A stretch of 64,000 nt of DNA, taken from NCBI GenBank assembly GCA_027858995.1, contig JAQIBP010000072.1, positions 6,614 to 70,613 on the forward strand, written 5' to 3'. The notes below the pieces were generated by a model. That model had not been told where the DNA came from, ran no database searches, and was given only the letters and a program-made list of their open reading frames with translations. The stretch's first letter is position 1. Each line of letters opens with the position of its first letter. Shown one piece after another: positions 19,755-26,898 of this stretch. This stretch comes from Deltaproteobacteria bacterium (lineage in GTDB: Bacteria > Desulfobacterota > Desulfobacteria > Desulfobacterales > Desulfobacteraceae). A program made the translations under genes and the position numbers.

Positions 19755-20360
19755 TTATTCTTGAATAAGCTTTTCAAGAGTCTCATAGCGCTGAGCTCCC
19801 ACAAGTCGGTTGTTCCCATAAAAAAAAGTGGGGACCGCAGTTACACCTTTGGTTCTTGAAAGCTTCCAGTCTGAGCCCACAGCATTTGAGAATTTCCGTT
19901 TCTCAATAATTTTTCTCCCCTTTACAGGATCCAGCCCTGAATTTTCAATCAGATCAATCAGTACGTCTTTCAGTCCAATATTTAATCCTTGAACGAAATA
20001 TGCTTTAAAGACGTTCATATGAAACTTATGGCCAAGACCTTTAGATTCCGCCCAAAGACCTACTTCCTGGGCAAGACGGCTGTTATAAGTCATTGTCCTG
20101 TCACCAAAGCCAAACCCAAGTTTTGCTGCTGTTGTTTTTAATTGATCCACAATTTTATTCACATCAACTTGAACCCCCTTTTTTTTAAACATCTCTTTTA
20201 AAGTCTGACCCTGTTCAGGTGTATCAGGGTGAAGTGGGAAAGCTCTCCATTTTACATGAATATCATACTCTTTTTCCAATTTTTCAATACTCCCGGTACT
20301 GAAATAACACCAGGGTCATACATAGTCTGAAAATATTTCAAGCTCAAAAAATTTTGACAT
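19755..20360 (-). CDS. DsbA/FrnE-like thiol:disulfide oxidoreductase, predicted selenoprotein (UPWC active site; in-frame TGA at 20316-20318)
   Basis: The upstream in-frame extension reads MSKFFELEIFSDYV-TGA-PWCYFSTGSIEKL and joins the track ORF 19755-20279. The TGA falls exactly on the first Cys of the family's CPWC motif, and a hairpin follows. Confidence 0.8.
20292..20314 (-). promoter_or_regulatory. Candidate bacterial SECIS hairpin
   Basis: The mRNA reads UGA-C-CCUGGU-GUUAUUUCAGU-ACCGGG. This gives a 6-bp stem, extendable by two G.U pairs, that starts 2 nt after the UGA. Confidence 0.5.
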
Positions 20361-20471
20361 TACTGTTTTTAATTCCTATTACAATTTTATATTTTTTATA
20401 TTCCTGAAATTATATTGCTTTGTTATCACAACTTGAAATTATTATCTGTTTTCAGATATAAGTCAATCATT

Positions 20472-20535
20472 AAACCTCAACCTAGTCTGAGACAAAAATA
20501 TCAGTACTGACGTAACGAGGTTTTTTATTTTTTTT
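20472..20535 (+). terminator. Orphan terminator-like structure: stem AAACCTC/GAGGTTT with internal small stems, then T6AT8
   Basis: Read directly from the sequence. No plus-strand gene ends upstream of it. It lies about 175 nt before the TIM-barrel gene. Confidence 0.35.
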
Positions 20536-20710
20536 GATGGGGATTTATGGCCTGACAATCAGGGTGTTTTGATGACTATTTAGTAACTTTTCTTTGAAAC
20601 AGTGAATTTCCTTGACTTGTCCAGACCTTAAAAGTATTTATTAAAGCAGACCGTCAAATAATAGGTGTTCTTTATAGGCAGCAAAAAAAATTTATTTATT
20701 GAAAAAGAAA

Positions 20711-21553
20711 ATGATATTTTCATACAGCACTAATGCATTTGTTAAATATTCCCTTTCCGAAGCTGTGAAACTGATTGCCCAAACAGGGTTCCGAGGCGTG
20801 GAAATTATGTGTGACAGGCCTCATCTGTATCCTCCTGATGCAAATTCACAGAATCTTGAAAAATTCAGACAATTACTTGAAAATTTAAAGTTGACTATTA
20901 CGAATCTCAACTGCTTCACTCTTTTTGCCGTGGGAAACACCTGGCTTCCTTCCTGGATAGAGCAGAATGAAAAAAAGCGGCAGGAAAGGATTGACCATAC
21001 ACTTAACTGCCTGGATCTGGCCCACTTTTTAGGATGTCCTTGTATTTCAGTGCCGCCTGGAGGGCCTTTGGTTGAATTAGACACAAAGGCATCATTAAAC
21101 CTTTTTCGGCAGGGGCTTGAAAAAGTGATCCCAAAAGCCCAGGAACTGGATGTGTCCATCCTGATTGAGCCGGAACCAGGTCTTTTAATAGAAAACAGTC
21201 TGCAGATGAGTTTGTTTATCAAGGAAATTGAATCTCGGCATATAGGGGTCAACTTTGATGTGGGACATTTTTTCTGTGTGGGCGAGGCGCCTGAAAACGC
21301 CCTTGAAACCCTGTTTGAAAAAGTCGGTCATATTCACATTGAAGATATTGCTTCAACAAGAGAGCACAAACATCTCATCCCAGGCCTCGGCGCCATAGAC
21401 TATGACGCGTTTTTTAAAAAACTCAGGGAGCTCAAATACAAAAAAGATGTTTGCCTTGAACTTTACCCATATACTAAAACCCCTTGCCAAGCCGGCCTCA
21501 AAGGCATTGAAAACTTAAAGCCTGTGATGGAAAAATACGGTTTTTCTGTTTAA
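20711..21553 (+). CDS. Xylose-isomerase-like TIM-barrel protein (sugar phosphate isomerase/epimerase family; possible EboE-like)
   Basis: GFRGVEI...HLYP, ILIEPEP and NFDVGHF are family motifs. The start is set at the ATG at 20711. Confidence 0.75.
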   Translation: MIFSYSTNAFVKYSLSEAVKLIAQTGFRGVEIMCDRPHLYPPDANSQNLEKFRQLLENLKLTITNLNCFTLFAVGNTWLPSWIEQNEKKRQERIDHTLNCLDLAHFLGCPCISVPPGGPLVELDTKASLNLFRQGLEKVIPKAQELDVSILIEPEPGLLIENSLQMSLFIKEIESRHIGVNFDVGHFFCVGEAPENALETLFEKVGHIHIEDIASTREHKHLIPGLGAIDYDAFFKKLRELKYKKDVCLELYPYTKTPCQAGLKGIENLKPVMEKYGFSV

Positions 21554-21565
21554 AAAAAACATTAT

Positions 21566-22756
21566 ATGAATCATTTTGCAGGCAATAATAATCATAATGT
21601 AATCTTGCTGAAATTTGATGAGTCTTATAGTTACCCGGTCTTTTTTACCCGTGATGTGTTCAAAATCAGCAACTACACCCTTTTAAAAGCTATTGCTGGT
21701 AAAAAAAACCGCAACAATGCTAAAAAATCATTGGTTTTTATTGATAAAGGGCTTGTCAGCAAGAATCCAGAGCTTTTAAAAGAAATAAACCTATGGTTTG
21801 AACATAATAAGAAATTTTTTTATCTGGCTTGTGATCCTGTGGTGTTTCCCGGTGGTGAAAGCGTAAAAAACTCCTGGGAACATGTGCACCGGGCAACAAA
21901 TATCATGAACGATTCAGCGCTTGACAGACACGGAGTGGTTGTTGTCGTAGGCGGTGGAGCACTGCTTGATATGGCCGGGTTTGCCGCTGCCATATTCCAC
22001 AGGGGAATACAGCTTATCAGGATACCAACTACAACTCTGGCCCAGAATGATGCGGGTATTGGTATTAAAAATGGGATAAACCAGTACGACAAGAAAAACT
22101 GTATCGGAACATTTTACCTGCCGGCTGCTGTGATCAATGACTATGGTTTTTTGAAAACACTGACCTTTGACCACTTCATCGGGGGTATTGCAGAAGCCTT
22201 TAAAATTGCTTTGATACGCGACAATTGCTTTTTTTCCTTTCTTGAAAATAACAGCTCTTTATTAAAACAAAGAGATCAAAAGACAATAGAAGAAACCATT
22301 AAACGATGTGCTCAACTTCACCTCGACCATATTGCAAGGAGCGGTGATGCATTTGAAACTGGATCGTCAAGGCCCCTTGATTACGGTCACTGGTCAGCCC
22401 ATAAGATTGAAATGTTGTCTGGGTTTTCCATGGGGCACGGCCAGGCAGTTTCAATTGGAATCGTCCTTGATTCATTTTATGCATGGACGCGTTCCCTGCT
22501 TTCCAGGACAGAACTGGACCGTATTATTGCAGCGTTTATTAAATGTGGGCTTCCTGTCTGGAGCCCGTATCTTGAAATCACGGACAAAGAGGGCCGGCTT
22601 GAAATAGAAAAAGGGCTTGAAGAGTTCAGGCAGCATCTTGGAGGCAGGTTGACGTTTACCATGCCGGATGGGATCGGACAATCGTGTGAACTCCATGAAA
22701 TGGACTTTAATGCTGTCAGGGAAGGGGTAGCTTTTCTTAAGAAAGCCGGGTTTTGA
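21566..22756 (+). CDS. 3-dehydroquinate-synthase-like sugar phosphate cyclase (possible EboD-like)
   Basis: VVVVVGGGALLDMAGFAAAIFHRGIQLIRIPTTTLAQNDAGIGIKNGIN aligns with the DHQS nucleotide/metal core, but with divergent residues. Confidence 0.8.
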   Translation: MNHFAGNNNHNVILLKFDESYSYPVFFTRDVFKISNYTLLKAIAGKKNRNNAKKSLVFIDKGLVSKNPELLKEINLWFEHNKKFFYLACDPVVFPGGESVKNSWEHVHRATNIMNDSALDRHGVVVVVGGGALLDMAGFAAAIFHRGIQLIRIPTTTLAQNDAGIGIKNGINQYDKKNCIGTFYLPAAVINDYGFLKTLTFDHFIGGIAEAFKIALIRDNCFFSFLENNSSLLKQRDQKTIEETIKRCAQLHLDHIARSGDAFETGSSRPLDYGHWSAHKIEMLSGFSMGHGQAVSIGIVLDSFYAWTRSLLSRTELDRIIAAFIKCGLPVWSPYLEITDKEGRLEIEKGLEEFRQHLGGRLTFTMPDGIGQSCELHEMDFNAVREGVAFLKKAGF

Positions 22757-22788
22757 CCAGGGCAATAAGGGAGAAATCAAAGGAGCGG

Positions 22789-23496
22789 TCAAACATGCTT
22801 GAAACTTGCCATATAGTTGACCATCGAGTTTTTACAAAAATAGTAGTTCCTGGTAAAAGGGTTGTATGAAAATCCAGTGATATCAAAATTCTTTAATCCT
22901 GCCCCGGAACAGACCCGGTTCAGTTCATGCGGCTTGATCAATGATTTATATTCATGGGTACCTTTGGGCAGAAGCTCCAGTATATACTCCGCAATTAGGA
23001 TGGCCAGCAAAAAAGACAGCAGATTTCGGTTAATGGTTGAAAAAATTATAATACCACCGGGATTCAGGATCTTCCGACATGCCAGGATGATTGATTTATA
23101 GCATGGCACATGTTCAAGCAGTTCCATGCAGAGAATCACATCAAACCCAGTGTTTGTAAACTGGGTGATATGCTCGATGTCCGTGTCTATATATTCGATG
23201 TCAAGATCTGCCTTTTGTGCGTGGGACCTTGCAATGGCTGTCATATGGGCAGACGCATCAATACCGAAAGTGATGGCACCCTGCTGGGCAATTTTTTCGG
23301 TGAGAATCCCGCCTCCGCAGCCGACATCGAGCACCCGTTTTCCCTTAAGACTTGTTTTCTGGATAATGTAGGAAAGCCTTAAGGGATTGATATCATGCAG
23401 GGATTTCATCCTGCCGGTTTCATCCCACCAGTCTATCGAGAATTCATTAAATTTTTCAATTTCACTTATTGAGATATTTCGTTTCATCCGATTCAT
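22789..23496 (-). CDS. ubiG: UbiG-type O-methyltransferase (3-demethylubiquinol 3-O-methyltransferase family)
   Basis: The EKFNEFSIDWWDETG, LHDINPLRLSYI, VLDVGCGGGILTE, CMELLEHV, STINRN, AEYIL..LPKGTHEY and VNYM blocks are collinear with UbiG. Confidence 0.85.
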   Translation of the reverse strand: MNRMKRNISISEIEKFNEFSIDWWDETGRMKSLHDINPLRLSYIIQKTSLKGKRVLDVGCGGGILTEKIAQQGAITFGIDASAHMTAIARSHAQKADLDIEYIDTDIEHITQFTNTGFDVILCMELLEHVPCYKSIILACRKILNPGGIIIFSTINRNLLSFLLAILIAEYILELLPKGTHEYKSLIKPHELNRVCSGAGLKNFDITGFSYNPFTRNYYFCKNSMVNYMASFKHV

Positions 23497-23744
23497 TGAT
23501 AATACCCGTCCATTGCACTATTTCATGCGTTTTATTGAATAATTTCTTGAAGTTTTTGCCTGATCAGTTTATCCTTTTTAAAAAATTGGAAATTACTGCA
23601 TCTCCTTTGCTTTTTACTAAAAGATACGGTTATCTACAATGAAAATCTTAAGGATGCATGCACAAGGTGACACCTTCAATACAAGATGAAGGCCTGGTAT
23701 TGGAAGATGATGAATGCGATATTTTTTCTTTTGGAGATTGACGA

Positions 23745-24680
23745 TTGAAATATGTAATGCTCATTTATGACACAGTGGTTCCGGAGAAACTCCAATTCTT
23801 TTTTGCGCTTTCACGGACGCATCATGGTGTGCTCGACATGATGGCGCCTGCATTTGCAGCCCTGATTTATCTCGGGCGTTTTCCTGATCCTGGTATTGCT
23901 GCGGCAGGTATTATCACTATTTTTGCAGGGTATACAGCCGTATATGCCTTAAATGATATTGCCGGATACAAAGATGATAAAAAAAAAATTCGACCCACCT
24001 TGGACAATAGAATTGATCTGGACTCGATTCTTACCCGGCATCCCCTTGCCCAGGGGATGATCAGCCTTAAATCTGCTCTGGTATGGGCCCTTTTCTGGTC
24101 TATTGTAGCGGCAGTGGGGGCCTTTTATCTAAATCCTGTCTGTATCCTGATCTTTATATGCGGTGCTCTGCTTGAGATTATTTACTGTTTTCTTTTAAAA
24201 ATAAGTTATCTCAGGGTTATTATCAGCGGGTTTGTAAAATCGGCGGGTCCTGTTGCAGCAGTTTTTGCCGTGGACCGGAATCCTGATGCCTTGTTTTTGA
24301 TTTTGTTATTTGTTTTCTTTTTCCTGTGGGAGGCCGGAGGACAAAATATTCCCAATGATTATACAGATATGGATGAAGACCGACAGATAAATGCAAAAAC
24401 ACTCCCGTTAATGTTCGATCGGGACATCACCTGCCGTCTGATCATGGGTCTTCTTTCAGTCTCTTTTTTAATCATGATGGTATTGTTTTTTATATCCTCG
24501 GTTGATTTCAGCTTGTTTTCATATCTGCTTTTCGGGACAGGCTCTGCTTTCATTTTGATTCTACCGGCAAAAAAGCTCTTGAAGACCGGAGCAGATCACG
24601 CAGCAATGAGTCTGTTTAACTCGGCCAGTTATTATCCGTTTTTTCTTTTATGTGTGGTAATGATGAATTTATTTCTCTGA
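23745..24680 (+). CDS. UbiA-family prenyltransferase (possible EboC-like)
   Basis: About 8-9 TM helices, with Asp-rich motifs ALNDIAGYKDD and NDYTDMDEDR. The track start is a TTG and an alternative ATG lies at 23757. Confidence 0.75.
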   Translation: MKYVMLIYDTVVPEKLQFFFALSRTHHGVLDMMAPAFAALIYLGRFPDPGIAAAGIITIFAGYTAVYALNDIAGYKDDKKKIRPTLDNRIDLDSILTRHPLAQGMISLKSALVWALFWSIVAAVGAFYLNPVCILIFICGALLEIIYCFLLKISYLRVIISGFVKSAGPVAAVFAVDRNPDALFLILLFVFFFLWEAGGQNIPNDYTDMDEDRQINAKTLPLMFDRDITCRLIMGLLSVSFLIMMVLFFISSVDFSLFSYLLFGTGSAFILILPAKKLLKTGADHAAMSLFNSASYYPFFLLCVVMMNLFL

Positions 24681-24692
24681 AGGAGTCATATA

Positions 24693-25136
24693 ATGCAACT
24701 CTTTAAAAAAACAACTGCAATCTTAAGTATACTATTTTGGTTTTTCACGGTGTATCTGGCTGTGCCACTCTTTGCCTCGGACAGTAAAACAGGTGCGCTG
24801 ATTAATTGTGACATCCAGCATCAACCCTGTACCCGGCAAATTTCAGGGACAATCGTCACCTTGGATATCCAGCCCAGGCCGGTAAAAGCCATGAAAGATC
24901 TTATCTTTGAAGTTCAAATTAAAAATGCGGATCTTACCCGGCTACCGATGATTGATCTGAGTATGCCGGGGATGAAAATGGGGCGAAACCAGGTTACGAT
25001 GAAGATGACGGCCAAAGGAGTCTATCAGGGAACCGGGATCATTGTCCGGTGTCCCAGCGGCAAAACCGTATGGCAGGCAACCGTTAATCTCCCGGGAACC
25101 GGCAGCACCAGCTTTATTTTTGATGTCATCTATTGA
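24693..25136 (+). CDS. FixH/YtkA-like periplasmic protein (signal anchor plus Ig-like domain)
   Basis: It has an N-terminal TM segment, and LDIQPRPVKAMKDLIFEVQI...MPGMKMG resembles YtkA/FixH-type domains. It sits beside cbb3 accessory genes. Confidence 0.5.
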   Translation: MQLFKKTTAILSILFWFFTVYLAVPLFASDSKTGALINCDIQHQPCTRQISGTIVTLDIQPRPVKAMKDLIFEVQIKNADLTRLPMIDLSMPGMKMGRNQVTMKMTAKGVYQGTGIIVRCPSGKTVWQATVNLPGTGSTSFIFDVIY

Positions 25137-25815
25137 TACATTATCTTTGGTGTTTCTGACAACCGGATTTACAGTGGGATTCGGCCATTGTATCGGTATG
25201 TGCGGTCCGATTGTCATTTCCATGTCATTGAACTTGAAGACCAGAAACACGATCTGGCCCCACATATTGTATCATGCCGGACGGGTGACAACCTATACGC
25301 TCCTCGGCGGAATAATGGGAGTGACAGGATCATTTGCAATGGTGGCATCCCGCATCGCACTGATTCAAAAAGGCGTTCTTATATTTTCCGGCGTACTCAT
25401 CATATTCATGGGAGTAATGATGGGTCCCTGGCTAATAAAATTTTCCTGTTTTAAGAACGAAACAGGCATCCAGACATTTTTTTCCAGAACCTTTGGATCT
25501 CTTGTCGGACTAAAATCGACCCTGGCCTTTTTCCCCCTGGGGTTGATGCTGGGTCTTTTGCCCTGCGGTCCGGTATACACGGTTCTGATTGCATCTGCCA
25601 GAGCAGGCATGGAGACAGCGGGTATGTATCAAAGTTTTATGAGTGGCATGGTTCTGATGCTCTTTTTTGGTATCGGTACCATTCCTGCACTTTTTTTCGT
25701 GGGCAGACTGGCAGGAACTGCCCGGTTTATACGGGGACCGATCATATACAAATTGGGTTCCTTCATCATGATGGGTCTGGGTATTTATTTTGTTTTTAAG
25801 GGAATTCGATATTAA
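25123..25815 (+). CDS. DsbD_2/TauE-like membrane protein with a GHCxGMCGP motif
   Basis: GFGHCIGMCGPIV and LLPCGPVY are present, with about 6 TM helices. The ATG at 25123 overlaps the upstream gene by 14 nt. Confidence 0.6.
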   Translation: MSSIDTLSLVFLTTGFTVGFGHCIGMCGPIVISMSLNLKTRNTIWPHILYHAGRVTTYTLLGGIMGVTGSFAMVASRIALIQKGVLIFSGVLIIFMGVMMGPWLIKFSCFKNETGIQTFFSRTFGSLVGLKSTLAFFPLGLMLGLLPCGPVYTVLIASARAGMETAGMYQSFMSGMVLMLFFGIGTIPALFFVGRLAGTARFIRGPIIYKLGSFIMMGLGIYFVFKGIRY

Positions 25816-26110
25816 ACTCACTTAAAACCATTTGTAAGGTTTTTAATATTTTTACGACTGATTATCGGGTGGTTCTCCACAGGGCTTGCGTTTTGACAAT
25901 AAAATGAAATGAACTCAATTGGCTTGAGTACTAAGATTAAAATAATAAAAAACAAAATGGATGTGTGGCAGACACTGTGAAAAGCGGAGAAAGATTTAAT
26001 TATTGTCCTTGACATTGAATAGCTATTTTTGTAATTTTTGGATCACCTTTTATCCATTCAATGGGGCAATAGAATCTATAAATTATTATAAAGATTAAAA
26101 GGGGGGTTTA

Positions 26111-26821
26111 ATGGCGTCATTGTTTTACGACTTTTTAAGAAATTTAGGGTATCATCATCCCGTTCACCCGGCACTCACCCACGTACCACTGGGTCTGGTT
26201 ATTGCCAGCTTTGTCTTTATGCTTCTGGCCTTTTTCCTAAAGGGATCAGCTTATGGGAAGACGGCAAAACATTGTATTGTTTTAGCTTTGTTATCTGCTG
26301 TCCCCACAGTAGTGATCGGCTATTTTGACTGGCAAATATTCTATGCCGGTTCTTATATATTTCCTATTATCATGAAATTAATACTTGCCACTTTGCTATT
26401 GGTTCTGCTGGTGATACTGGTGTTCATCAGTTCTAACAATGAAGGAAACTTAACAAGGCGATTACAGATACATTTTCTGGCCCTTTTATTAGTGGCGGGT
26501 ATTGGCTATTTTGGTGGGGAACTGGTCTATGGGAAAAAAATATCAGCGCCAGCAGCTGAAATAAATGAATCTGTCCTGGCCGGAATGGAACTGTTTGATG
26601 CGAAATGTTCATTCTGTCACTTTGCTGATAGCAACGAAGCCAAGGTTGGACCCGGTTTCAAGGGCATATTTCAAATGGACAAGCTGCCGATGAGTGGAAT
26701 GCCTGTTACTTCCGAAAACATTGAAAAGCAGTTGAAAACACCTTTTAATAAAATGCCGTCCTTTAAAAGTCTTACGGATGATGAGATCAAATCATTGACA
26801 GATTATTTAAAAACACTATAA
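26111..26821 (+). CDS. DUF2231-like membrane domain fused to a C-terminal monohaem cytochrome c domain
   Basis: HPVHPALTHVPLG and GYFDWQ are shared with 18779-19204. The C-terminal part carries CSFCH (CxxCH) and a downstream Met-containing segment. Confidence 0.65.
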   Translation: MASLFYDFLRNLGYHHPVHPALTHVPLGLVIASFVFMLLAFFLKGSAYGKTAKHCIVLALLSAVPTVVIGYFDWQIFYAGSYIFPIIMKLILATLLLVLLVILVFISSNNEGNLTRRLQIHFLALLLVAGIGYFGGELVYGKKISAPAAEINESVLAGMELFDAKCSFCHFADSNEAKVGPGFKGIFQMDKLPMSGMPVTSENIEKQLKTPFNKMPSFKSLTDDEIKSLTDYLKTL

Positions 26822-26853
26822 CCTTTAAGCGGGTTTCCCGGCTGCCAAATTAA

Positions 26854-26887
26854 GGATCAGAAAATATATGCGTTCCATTTCTGATCC
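26854..26887. terminator. Perfect 10-bp stem hairpin (GGATCAGAAA/TTTCTGATCC) between convergent genes
   Basis: Read directly from the sequence. No clear U-tract lies on either side. Confidence 0.35.
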
Positions 26888-26898
26888 CAAGTATGGGA

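Noticed and set aside
23650-23740. Short acidic upstream ORF (about 26 codons, MHKVTPSIQDEGLVLEDDECDIFSFGD) just before the UbiA-family gene
   Set aside because: It has no SD sequence and is too short to evaluate. No homology is recognisable by eye.
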